DNA of 63,326 nucleotides, the filler included, from Olpidium bornovanus S191 (Eukaryota > Fungi > Olpidiomycota): assembly GCA_017911155.1 (NCBI GenBank). It is 27 parts of 27 records of this genome, joined end to end, with 100 filler letters (N's around TTAATTAATTAA, not from the genome) between each part and the next. Parts side by side here need not be neighbours in the genome. Positions count along the whole stretch, not along the records: positions 1 to 2,783 come from JAEFCI010002616.1; positions 2,884 to 5,028 come from JAEFCI010008945.1; positions 5,129 to 8,087 come from JAEFCI010008069.1; positions 8,188 to 11,792 come from JAEFCI010000955.1; 23 more parts are not named here. One strand, written 5' to 3'. Shown one piece after another: positions 1 to 11,172 of this stretch. Both the position numbers and the translations under genes were made by a program. The notes below the pieces were generated by a model, which ran no database searches, was not told the DNA's origin, and saw only the letters and a program-made list of their open reading frames with translations. The first letter of the stretch is position 1. Every line of letters starts with the position of its first letter.

Positions 1-10
1 CCCGGAAAGA

Positions 11-230
11 GGGGGTGGGGGGAGGGGGGAACGTTCTGATTGGTTGAGCTCGAGGGGGGGGGGGGGGGGAGGGAGGGGGGAAGGTTCTGATTGGCTGAGC
101 TCGATGACGGAGGACACACGGACGTTCATCACGCCAGACATTGGGTTTCACCCTACCGGGCTCACCCAGCACAACGCGTCCCGGACGCTCTCCGAAACCA
201 ACAGCTTACGAGCCCAAGTCGGACCTGACC
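11..230 (-). repeat. LTR-like segment, inverted relative of 2254-2340, with a duplicated G-rich/CCAAT unit
   Basis: 135-173 matches the reverse complement of 2254-2292 at 37/39 nt, with weaker similarity out to the CCAAT box. GTTCTGATTGG(T/C)TGAGCTCGA occurs twice within 1-103. Confidence 0.6.
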
Positions 231-234
231 GTCC

Positions 235-1170
235 CCGTCAGACGCTTCCCCGTCCCCGGCTCCCGCCCGCAGCCCCCGCTTCGCTGCGCCCGCCAGCGCC
301 TTCTTCCCGCAGCGCCGACTTCCCGCAGGTCCCATCCGAAGTTTTCCGCCCGCAGCGCCGGCTTCCCGCAGCCCCCGTCCAAAGCCCCGCAGCCCTCGTC
401 CGAAGCCCCGCAGCCCCAGCCCGCAGCTCTGCCAGCGCCAGCTGCCCCGTAGCACCACTGCTGACGCTTCGCCTCCGGCACCGTCGCCGCTTTAACGCCT
501 CGCTTCGCCTCTGGCACCGTCGGCAACCTCGGCGCTTCACTGGTCCCCGCCGCCTTCCGTCGACGCTTTGCCCCAGGCATCATTGACGCTTCGCTCTCGC
601 CTTCGCAGCCCGGCACCGTCCCCCGATCCCCCCTTCCGCCCCCCTGAGCGCCGGCTCCCCGGCATCGCCAGCTCCCCGCCGCCTTCCGCGTCGACGCTCC
701 GTTTTTCGGCACCGTTGACGCTTCGCCTTCCGCCCCAAAGTCCCGTCAACGCTTTGCCCCGCCCGGCAACGTCGTAGACGCTTTGCACCCGGCACCGTTG
801 ACGCTTCGCTTCGCCTTCGGCCCCCCGGCACAGTCGACGCCATCCCCTTCGGCGCGCCGCTTCGCCTTTCGACACCGTCGCTTCGCTCCGGCCCCGGCAT
901 CGACGCTTCGTCCTCCGGCACCGTCGACGCTCAGCGCTTCGTGCCGGCACCGACGACTCTTCGTGCACCGTCAACGCTATTGCCTTTTGCAGCGTCGCTT
1001 CGCCTTCCGATGCTTCGCCATCACCTTCCGACGCTTCGCCTTCGCCTTCGCCATCGGCGCCGTCCGCCCGCTTCGACGCTTCGCTCGGCCCCGTCGGCCC
1101 GCTTCGGCGCCTCCCCTTCACCTTCAGCATCGGCACCGTCGCCTCATCTCCGGCATCCCCGCCTCCCCAA
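235..1170 (+). repeat. GC-rich degenerate tandem repeat (GACGCTTCGCC / CCGGCACCGT units) upstream of a gag remnant
   Basis: Many imperfect copies of GACGCTTCGC(C/T) and CCGGCACCG. The overlapping ORFs here are low-complexity artefacts. Confidence 0.7.
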
Positions 1171-1384
1171 CGTTTACAAACATGTCACACCAAGGAATTG
1201 ACGACGGGCTCCTGCCGAGCGCAACTAAGCCCAGTCGTGGAGCCATATTTTCCACAGGACGTATTGGCAAATTTCCAGAAGCACCTCCACCCGCTTCCCT
1301 CCCTGTCGAGAATTAGATCCCAACTCAAGGCACTCCAGCACCAGATGGACCGCACCCGACAACTATGCACTTGACGGACATCGC

Positions 1385-1860
1385 GAATCAGTCATGATTG
1401 CACTTTTCGAAATTTCGAAATATGACGGGAACAGAGGAGCAGTCAAGCTCCGCGCTTTTTTACACAAAATGGATACCTATTTCCGACTAACCCGCATAAG
1501 TGATGATCTACAAGTCGTGATTGCCGAGAATAAACTCTCTGCTTTGGCGGAATCACTGTTTTGCACACGTTGATGCCGGCAAGCATGTCTCTTGGGACAA
1601 GATGAAACAATTTCTTCGCACTCATTTTGATCATGAGTTCGAAAGCATCTACGCTAACCGAATTGCGTGCACTGAGACAGACAATGACTGTGCAAGATTA
1701 CTCCATACAATGTAATGCCATTGCCTCGCGCATCACCGGTGTCTCATCTGACGGTCTTCTCATCCAATGCTTGGACAACCTGTCTGAACCTGTGTGCCGT
1801 GCTATCGCGGCCATTCTCTTCAAAGTTTCCATGCCGCTGCATTGCAATATGGTACCTTGA
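1385..1860 (+). pseudogene. Degenerate Ty3/gypsy-type retrotransposon Gag
   Basis: Frameshifted pieces KYDGNRGAVKLRAFLHKMDTYF / VSWDKMKQFLRTHF / LTELRALRQTMTVQDYSIQCNAIA fit the Retrotrans_gag pattern (W..L...F ... L..L.Q..SV..Y...F). Confidence 0.75.
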
Positions 1861-1961
1861 CACACCCTCTGTCAAAGCCCACAACGCTTAGCACCTGCAA
1901 CAAGACAACAACAAAGTCTGAGCGAAAACGCGGCAATTCGCGCCGTGAACGCCAGGGAAGA

Positions 1962-2350
1962 TGCTGACTGTACTGCGGCAAGGTTTACAAAGTTCAAGTT
2001 TCATTATTGCAACGTCCGGTCCAAGCGAGAGCTACGGGTATGGGGACGCGGCTGACAGGTCAGGGAAGGGGGAGGTACTTCCGGAATGGGTAAACTGTAC
2101 GAGACGAAGCTACAGAACGGGAAGGGCGCTATTTGTGCCCCGTCGACCGGCGAGGCAGGGCGACGGCAGAGTCCCTTCGTCTTTGCGGTCGCCGGTCGCT
2201 GGCTTAGTCGCGGTCCCGATCCCGCGCGGTCGTGGTCCCCACGCGGGTTGCCGTGTGCTGGGTGAGCCCGTTAGGGTGAAACCCAGTGTCTGCCGTAAAC
2301 GACGTCTGTCTGTCTGAAGCCTTCTCCAGCCAATCACAGGCATCCTGACA
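1962..2350 (+). mobile_element. Putative 3' LTR (TG...TGACA) after a purine tract
   Basis: AGGGAAGA (1954-1961) is followed by TG. The segment ends ...AGCCAATCACAGGCATCCTGACA and lies just downstream of the gag remnant. Boundaries are inferred. Confidence 0.45.
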
Positions 2351-2883
2351 ACTCAGTGCCAACTCAGCCCTTCCTCAGTTCCCATTCCGATTCAAGAAAG
2401 GGATCACCTTCAACCCCCTTCTTAAATTTTTTATCACAGCGCACGCCACACGCCTGACACCGCCTGACACTGTTTGAAAAAAAAAAACGAATCACTGCCT
2501 TCCCCAGCAACAAAAAAAAACCGTCACCAAACACCGAGAACAACTACCTACCTACAAAACAAAAGACAACGTCTACTGGTCACGCAGCGTCAGACACGTC
2601 AGCTGTTCTGGAAAGACAGTTGTGGAAGTACGCTTCCAGCTCTGTCAGTGGAATGGTGAAGTTGGTTGCCGGTTTGGTGCTCTCTTTGTATTTTTGCCCG
2701 GAAGAGTAAGCTAGTTTTGCCCTTTTAAGTTTGCTGTTCAACAACTACCAGTTTGCTGTTCAGCGATTACCGGTTTGCCGTTCNNNNNNNNNNNNNNNNN
2801 NNNNNNNNNNNNNNNNNNNNNNNNNNNTTAATTAATTAANNNNNNNNNNNNNNNNNNNNNNNNNNNNNNNNNNNNNNNNNNNN

Positions 2884-4254
2884 CATGCTCCTCACCGCAG
2901 GAGGGCGCGCTGTTTTGATGGTTGCCAGCCAGGGTCGGGGCCGCATTATTCAACGGCCCGTTTGACACCGCGGCTGTCGCAGCCTGCGCCGATGACGCAA
3001 GCTCGGAGATCCCTTCGGTAGCGGTCTCCTCTTCGTCGAGCCGCAAATCCGCAGAGACCGCAGGTGCTGCTACTGGCGGAACGAAATGCGGTTCGACCTC
3101 CGGCGCCGGTTCTTCCGGCACGGCCTCTTTCAGTTCCGCCGTCTGCTCAGCCTGCGGTTCCTTTCCAGGCTCCGTGAGGGCCGCCGTAGTCGGCTTCGAT
3201 TTCGCTGGAAGCGGTTCTCTCGTCCGTGCTGACTGTTTCCGAAAATCCGCCTTGAGTTTCTCCTCCGACAGCTTTGGTTTGGACCTGATCGAGTGAGGCA
3301 AATCCCGTCGCGGACGTTAGCAGCTGAAAGCTGCGGAACGGTGCACGTTAACTTGTGCGCGGCAGCGCAGAGCTTCACCGTTTCGTTGAGCTGTCTTTTG
3401 CAGGCGCCTGTTTTGCAGCCGCTGTACTAGGCCTCTTTGCCGGGCTGTCGAACGCGACGCTTAGCCTCCAAGAAAGAAGGACATGACACAAACCGGGACG
3501 ATTTCAGCCCACCTAGGGGGCTGCGCATCGCCGCCGCTCTTTATGGTTGCCGCGCAAAAGCAAGAAGAAAGTTGTCGCTCAGCTCGGGTTGCGAATTTCC
3601 GCCTCGGCATATTTTGGGCCATCCCCTTTCAGAGCAGACCTGTTTCTTTGCGGCTTTTGCCAACAGCTGCAGGAACGCGTTGGTTTCTTCGGGCTCCAGG
3701 CCTGCCACGATCTTCTGCGGCTTGACCTTGACCTCCACACCGAGAGTAGCGGCTAAAAGTGTAGACCGCAGAGAGGAATTAGAGGAAAAGGACACGGCCG
3801 TCGGAAGACGCGCATCGCACCAAGAGGAACGACGTCGACTCACAAACATGGGTTATGATTTTTGTCAAATAGGCGATCTTCCCTTCCTTATCCTGTATGG
3901 CGGGCGCATTGCACGACGCCCGCCTCGTGTCAGTTCAGGTTCGCTTCCCTGACGGCCCGGCGTCGCGAACTCTGCCGTTGGGCTGCACGCGAATTCCGCG
4001 CCCTTCCGCCCTTTTTTTTTTTTTTTTTTTTTTCGGCCGGCGTGCGAAGGGTAGGACTCGACCTTGATGTTGGCGGCGTCCGCCTCTTCCTTGGAGAACA
4101 GGTCCGCGGCGTATCCCGACGACTTGATGAGCTCCGAGATCAAGTCGTGGAGATAACGAAACGGCGGTTTAGACAAAAGTTTGGGGGTCAGCGGCGCATT
4201 CTTGACGTACGCCGAGAGGGCGGACTGCGTCTTGGCGGCGACGCTGTCGTTCAT
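2884..4254 (-). CDS. IFT54: Intraflagellar transport protein IFT54 / TRAF3IP1 (MIP-T3), 5' part, spliced
   Basis: Exons 4254-4063 (LTPKLLSKPPFRYLHDLISELIK), 3892-3844 (DKEGKIAYLTKIITHV) and 3752-3640 (KPQKIVAGLEPEETNAFLQLLAK) have GT-AG boundaries and match the MIP-T3 N-terminal domain. A charged linker runs to the contig end. Confidence 0.92.
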
Positions 4255-4361
4255 TCTAGAGCGGCACGGAAGAGGGGAAGGAGGGGTCCGGGCGCGGCAG
4301 GCAAAATTGATTCCCGAACCGTTAGGTCAGGGTCTACAGGGGGTTCTTTTTCGCTTTTGGC

Positions 4362-4419
4362 GTCACGCCCGTGACTGCAGCGTCAGGCCACGTGACCACA
4401 GCCCATTTGCCACGTGACC
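4362..4419. promoter_or_regulatory. CACGTG E-box cluster upstream of IFT54
   Basis: CCACGTGACC at 4388-4397 and 4410-4419, plus the inverted repeat GTCACG-CC-CGTGAC at 4362-4375, lie 110-165 bp before the ATG. Confidence 0.35.
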
Positions 4420-5627
4420 GACATAGTGGTTCGGGTCCGCAGCGAAGTCTGCTTACTCCCTCATTTCTAGATGGAAAGACAAAAAAAAATTCCAGTAAAT
4501 TATTACGGCTTACCACACAACCCACGCCGGCGCACCACACGCACCCTGGAGTCCCCTTGCTGGATAGCTTATCGCGCCATGTGGTGTGTGCAGAGCACGT
4601 GATGGTCCCCGACAGAGCGAGAACGCCGCCTCCATGAGCGCCATCCCAACGTCGAAGAAAAAGAAAACAGGCAATTTCCATTTTTTTTTTATCAATTCTG
4701 TTGTCTACCTGCGTCTCGGCAGCTTCGCTTGCTGGGCCCTTCCCTTTTCCAAAGGTCGGACCACTTTTGCCACTTCTTTGGCCAGGGTGGGGGAGTGGAG
4801 CAAGAACGGGAAAAAGGAAAAATTGCTATTAACAGGCGTCCATGACGATGAGTCTGATTTAGGCATGAAGACTGTCGTCATCGTCCGAGAGCAGGATAAA
4901 GGCTTGACATGGCGGGAACGGGCGGCGAACACATTCGAGTGCGCTGATTCTGGGAGGGAGGTGCGCTCGAGCTTTCTTTTGCCGACAAAATTTTTTGTCT
5001 TTTTCCGTCTCAGAAAACGAAAGCGGGANNNNNNNNNNNNNNNNNNNNNNNNNNNNNNNNNNNNNNNNNNNNTTAATTAATTAANNNNNNNNNNNNNNNN
5101 NNNNNNNNNNNNNNNNNNNNNNNNNNNNCTGCAACTCCTCTCGCCGTTTTATCCGTAACCGTCAAGCTGCACCGGGGGACGGACGAGGGGGGCCGGCCCG
5201 CAGGAGTAAAGCTTCTGAATCATCTCTGTCCCAGTTTTACGTGCATGTGGTGGAACAACGCCCCGCGGCAGCGGCGGGGACGTCAGCGACCGGTCGTGTT
5301 CGTGTTCTGCAACTCTCCGCGGCAGCGCACGCCGTTTCTGCCACGGATGGTCCCTGAGGAGTCGGGGAAACCTACCGCGGCAATTATGCCTCACCGCACC
5401 TAGGGACGGAAGTGCAGGAGAGCCGCACGCTGGGGAAACAAAAGTATCGGGGGCCCCCGGCGCCGGCCCCTGCTGCCGCCCGCTGTTTCCTCCGCATTAC
5501 CGCACGGCAGGTGGAACAAGCAATATTACACATTGAATGGATTCGGGAGCGTTGTCTCGACCGCCCGGAGTGGGAATTTCCGGAAGGGAGCGTAGGGGGG
5601 GGAGGGGGAAGGGATCAGGCTGCCTGA

Positions 5628-5668
<41 letters not shown>

Positions 5669-5923
5669 AAAAATAGTGCCTGGCGCTGGTTGTCTCGGGA
5701 ACGACGATCCGCGTTTTCACAGCGTCGGCCCCTCGTCGGCTGGTCAACGGGCACGCTCGAGATTCCGGGAGGCAGTCCCACCTCCGCCCATCGCCCACCG
5801 CCTCCCTCCCCGGGGGTCCCCACGATGACCATCGCCCCGGCAAAACGCACACGCTCATGAAACGGGATTATTCGTCAGAAATAGCCATTTTTGCTTCCCG
5901 GGACAGCTGCCTCCGTGAAAAAA

Positions 5924-5955
<32 letters not shown>

Positions 5956-6128
5956 AAAAAAACGATCAAGACTTTCGTGGCTTCCTGAGCTCCGGCCTTG
6001 CCGTGCGTGCAACTTCCGACAGCTTCCCGCCGGCGGACGCCGTATTCTGCTGTTTGAAACGCTCGCGCACATTCTGGTCGCTGCGCCTGGCCTCTCCCTG
6101 CAGCACCTGAAAACGTGACGGGCCTGTC

Positions 6129-7795
6129 ATGTACATCCCGGGGTCGCATGATACCGCCGCGACCGAGGCGGACACAATCTCTTTCTATCCGGTAGGAAAT
6201 CGCCCAGCCCCCAACCCGAAATCTTGTCGGCGATCCTGGTTCCACCGCTGTTCGCCCAGCCATCTGCGCGCGCCGTTGAATGCTGATATTAGTTTTTTCC
6301 GGCGGAAAAATGTTCAGCGTGTCGGGATCGGCCTCATGATTGGATACTACGTTTTTGCCAGCTTGCTTACTGTTATGTTTTTCCGCCGGCGCCACCTTCA
6401 ACCGTGCCGCTCACGGCCGTGTTCCCAAATGGTTCTTTTTATTGTCGGGCCGTCTATTTTGGTCACGAACAGCGGCCTATTTATTATGTCGGGCGACCAA
6501 CCGTGTCTCCCGTCGGCGTGGGTATTTTATTTGGGAATGGTCATTACCTTCACCGCCTTTGACGTCCGAATGATTTCATTGTATCTCCAACACCGGATGG
6601 TAGAAGAACAGCTTAATTTGACTGAGAACTCGCCTGGGTCAACCCAGCCTTCGCCAAAATGCGGGGCTATTCAAGATTCCGTCGTGCAAGACTTTCTGGG
6701 ACAGCTCGGCGCTTCTGAATTGAGGACTTGGTTCATACGCCGCCACCACCTGTTCGAAACAAGATATTGGTACCTAGTGATTGCCACAAGTCTAGTTATC
6801 TCGTCACTTCCGATGGGTTGCGTCTGCATCCTTTATCCTGAGATGAGCCGTGCGCTTGAGGTCGATTGCGTTCGGACCGAAATCACGCCCGTCGGTGTCG
6901 CGATTGCAACGGCTGTCACCGTTCACGGCATCTTTCTTCTAGTGATGGCCGTACTTCTCCGAAATTTCCGCGACAATTTGGGGCTACGGACGGAATACCA
7001 AAGCAAGTAGAAGGTCATTCTGCGGAGATGACGGGAAAGGTGCGCTTCCGACAGCACTAACCAACATTCGGTCCAAAAGTCATTTTTTCCCTAGTATGCG
7101 CCTGTGCCACGAACTTCGCGATGTTAATCGTGTTTGCGGATTTCGACGAATTCCCGTATCCAGTCAAGCGAACCGCCATGCTGGCGTTCTGCGCGACGAT
7201 ACAGTTTGTGTCATTTGGGGTCCCAATCTGTCTCTCCTACAAGTTCCGGAGCAGGGGAGCCTTTGCTAGCCTTGGCGAAAAGAGGGAGTTGACGCTGGAG
7301 GCGGTGCTGCAATCGCCTGCTGGCAATTTGGCCTTCAGGCGGTTCTGCGAAAAAGAGTTCTCCGTCGAGAACTTGTCGTTCTGGCAGGAAGCTGGCGCCT
7401 ACAGGAAGAAGGCTTTGGCCGTCTCGAGAAATCCTCGCGCGACGGACCTCGACAAGAAAAACGTCTATCGGGCCGCAAAGAACATTCTTGTCAAATATAT
7501 TGTACCCGATGCGGCATTACAGTTGAATATTCCGAGCGATTATGTGAACGCTGTGAAGAAAAAGCTCGCAGGGACGTTCAACGAAGATCAAAACGTGGTG
7601 GTGGATCCGGAGATCTTTGACGATATAAGTGAGCACATCTACCGGTTGATGAGTATGGACACGTGAGTATTAATCACTTCACACTCAAATGGCCGCGCCG
7701 CGCAACAAGCCTCTCACGAACAATTCTGCGCTCGGGACAGATTTCCTCGATTTCTGAGAAGTTCGGAGGCCGCCGACGCTGAACTTTCCGACTGA
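6129..7795 (+). CDS. Seven-transmembrane receptor fused to an RGS domain (7TM-RGS); 5' end uncertain
   Basis: Seven hydrophobic segments, a DNLGLRTE loop motif, then an RGS domain (TLEAVLQSPAGNLAFRRFCEKEFSVENLSFW...LQLNIP...MSMDTFPRFLRS). Introns at 7003-7094 (GC-AG) and 7663-7740. Stop at 7793-7795. Confidence 0.85.
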
Positions 7796-8187
7796 CTTGC
7801 CGGCGAGCAAGCTAAATTTCTTGATCTAAGGACTTTGTCCTCAATATATTTTTTCATAAAGACAGATGGGGATTACCTATTACACGAAGAATCCCTCGCC
7901 TGCTGCAGTCTAAAGTTTTTGCAGAGAGATATATTTTAACGAAAAGAAGCTGATTGTCACCTTGCGGGCTGACGTACACAACAAAAACCGACGGAGCCGG
8001 AAACTGACCTAAGATTCGAGCTTCGGCAAAGCTCACTTAACTACCGTCTGCTTGCCGCCACAGGGCAAGCTTCCATCGACGCATGGCNNNNNNNNNNNNN
8101 NNNNNNNNNNNNNNNNNNNNNNNNNNNNNNNTTAATTAATTAANNNNNNNNNNNNNNNNNNNNNNNNNNNNNNNNNNNNNNNNNNNN

Positions 8188-9075
8188 CATGCACCTTCTC
8201 CAGCCTTTTTTGCCCACGATGCGGTACACCGGCCTCATACCCCATTGGAAGAGTCGCCGGAGCTTGTTCAGATTCATCAACCGAAAGGTGACGACCTTAG
8301 CTTCACGATACAAAGCCTTCTCCGACGCCGACGCGTGACACACGCGGTGGACAGAGAAGTGGAACCTGTTTTTCCGCCCAGCGGTCTTCGTCCATAAGCC
8401 ATCAAAGCAGATGCCCTCGAAATGCGAAGAGGCAGACGCACCATGACCTGTTCTGCACGTGATATTTGCAACCAGAGGATGAGTCCCAAAAACCTGCGAT
8501 GGAGGCCGACAGCAGCCAACTGACGAATAAACCCTTACCTTGTTCGGGGCTTCATCGTCTGGAAACGAACCGGTGGGTGACGAGGTTAGCACGAAACATG
8601 CGCCCCAAAACAGCGCCCAGCGCAAACCGATCTTCAGCTTCCACGCACGTCCGTCGCGTTTAGTCCACAAAAGAAAGCACGGGTTGTCGGATTTTGGGCG
8701 AGGAAGTCCCGCATCTGTTATGGAGTTGTGGAAACAGGAGCAGGTTTGCGGCGGGATCCCGGCTGCGGGAGGGTTGGATCGGTGGATCTCCACCGCTAAC
8801 AGTCGTCCTTACCGACCTTCCCTGCCTCTGGCAAGGACGACTCTTTCGAGGTTTCCGGAGTCGAAATCTGAGAGGCGACGGCCGTGTCATTCTCGGCGGC
8901 TCACGTTTGCAGCCCCGTTGCGGGAAGGAGCCCGGCCCGCAAGATCGGCCCCCCCCCCCCTCTTCTTCTTTCCCGAATCCCCCTCCGCCCACGCTGACTA
9001 GGGCCTTGAGTTCAACGAAGGGACGCCGCAAGCGGAACCGCAGGATCGGACGTGATTTCCTTTCCGCCTCTGGCC

Positions 9076-9106
<31 letters not shown>

Positions 9107-9200
9107 CCGGCGATGCCGGGCGAAAGGCTTCTGTCCCTTTCCCCCCCCCGTTTTTTACCTGCGTCGAAGACGAACTCGCCCAACGGCAGGTTGGTGATCA
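8188..9200 (-). CDS. Probable spliced gene of unknown function (partial)
   Basis: A candidate first exon MITNLPLGEFVFDA|GT and an open exon ending at the contig edge (SEKALYREAKVVTFRLMNLNKLRRLFQWGMRPVYR). No family recognised. Confidence 0.3.
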
Positions 9201-9323
9201 TTTCCTCGTGCGCGTCGGGGCGGAGTCGGGCCGCACCGTCCGCGGTGAGGCGCGGAGACCGGAGGCGCGGCGGAGAAGCCGCCGGGGAGGGGGCCGTGGG
9301 CAAAGGCGGCGGGGGGGGGGGGT

Positions 9324-9389
<66 letters not shown>

Positions 9390-9394
9390 TGTTT

Positions 9395-11136
9395 TCAGCC
9401 GAAGATAGCGCGCAGGACCAGGTAGAGGGTGCTGCCGACGAAGCGGACTGCAGAGAGGGTGGCGACGGACCAGAAGATGAACGTGAGGTAGTTGAAACTC
9501 CTGCCGTCGCGGAACACCTGCACGTTGGAGAAGGGGAGAGTCATGGTGATGATGAGCAGCGCGTTCGTGACGATCCAGCTGAGCACGAGTCGCGTGCGGA
9601 ACAGCTGCGAGGGAGAGGGGGGTTGCGGGGCGAAGAAAAAAAGAAGGAAATTACGCGGTGAGCGGAGGATTGCGTAAAGACCGATTTCTTCTTTTTTTTT
9701 CTTTCTTTTTTACAAGGGATGAAAAGGAGAAGAAAAACCGCACCTTGTAGTAATCCTCCTGCTTCGTCGTTGCGTCGCGCCCCTCGTGCTTTTCCTCGGG
9801 ACGGATGGCCAGCTCGCGCAGCGTGCGCTCGTAGATCTCGTTGATGTCCTCCTTTTCGGTGGGCAAGTCGATGTCGACCGACTGCCCCCCGTCCTTGCCG
9901 GTCTTGACGACCGCGGCGCCCAGGTCGCCCTTGGTGCCGTTGTCGCCCTTGGTGCCCCTGTTTTTTTTTTTTTTTTTTTGAAGAGGGGGGAGAAATTCCG
10001 AAGTAGTGTTGGGAAAAAAAGAAAAACAACGGACGGAGGACCCGTGGTCCCACCAATAAAAGAACCGAAAAAACGGAGCGCGGGTTTGACAGAGCAAAAA
10101 GAAGGAGCACCCGTCTCACCATGACACGTCGTGAGTGTTGCAGAACGCGTAGACCATGAGGATGTTCACAAAGGCGGGCAGCATGAACATGTACTGCACG
10201 AAGCTGGTGATCATGTGCCAGGGCTCCAAGTGCAAAAGGCTCGAGATGAAGTACATTCCGTAAGTCGAGGCGAGGGAGATGACGATGTCCCGGAACGCGC
10301 CGTTGGCCGACAGCTCGGCGGGGAGCTTGCTGAACTGAATGTTCCCGTTCTGGTCACGCAGCTTGTTCTGGACCTCGCCGACCTGCTCGGTGACGGAGTA
10401 GCCCGCCATGTAGAGCATGATCAACATGATCCCGGCAAAGAGGATGATGATCGCCGTGTAGATGAACTTGGACCCCTGCGGTCGGTTGCCTAGCGCGCAG
10501 AGGAACGTGACGATGATGGCGAATAAGTACAGTTGCCGAACGCATTCGACGAAGAGCTCGCCGATGGTTCCGCTGCGGGACCCAAATGGACCAGAGCCGT
10601 CTTCACGAATAGCCGAGCGAGTCAGGAAAACTGCGGGTGTATGTGCGTGTCCGTGTGTGTGTGTGTCGGAGGGCGGGAAGGGCAACGCAAGTAAAAGGAG
10701 GGGTGAACCCCTGGGGTCAGGAAACCGTGCGCACGGCCGCTTTCGCGTGTCGACAAAAACGGGCGGCGGCGGCGGCTTCACTTACAGAACGTCAGGTAGA
10801 AGTTCGCGAGAGAAAACCAGCTGAACAGCATCGAGATGGTGTTGTATACAAACTCCACCTGCAGCATCAGCTTCCTCGCGAGCGAGTGGTCGGTGCCCCA
10901 GATCTGGTTCCACTTCCACAGCGCGTACGCGGCGGCGAAGAAGGACCCGTTCAGCCACCGGCGGCGCTGCGAAATGAATTCCGGGACGTTGTCGGGAACG
11001 TCTGTCTCCGCTTTGGCGGACTGCAAACGGGGGGATTGGGAAGTGGGGAGGGGTGTGCGCGCGTGTGTGCGGCCGAGCTTAGTTTCAAAAAAAAAAAAAA
11101 TTCCGGCCGAGGAACCGTTCTGCGACCCGCTTAGAT

Positions 11137-11172
<36 letters not shown>

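Noticed and set aside
100-175. Hammerhead ribozyme in the inverted-repeat core
   Set aside because: A GAAA hairpin is present but there is no CTGATGA core in the right geometry.
44-1316. Many overlapping Arg/Pro/Ala-rich ORFs (also at 24752-25437, 41800-44100 and around poly-G/C tracts)
   Set aside because: They are by-products of GC-rich repeats and homopolymers that lack stop codons, with no domain signal.
2828-2839. TTAATTAATTAA repeated 26 times, resembling a regularly spaced repeat or PacI array
   Set aside because: It is always centred in 44+44 N. It is an artificial six-frame-stop linker.
4254-4500. RFX X-box upstream of the ciliary gene IFT54
   Set aside because: No GTTNCC-N-GGNAAC-like palindrome was found, only E-boxes.
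9300-9390. Long poly-G/poly-C tracts as G-quadruplex elements (also at 30650-30770, 43075-43173 and 49790-49857)
   Set aside because: They often sit near contig ends and amid low-quality sequence, so their length and purity are probably sequencing or consensus artefacts.
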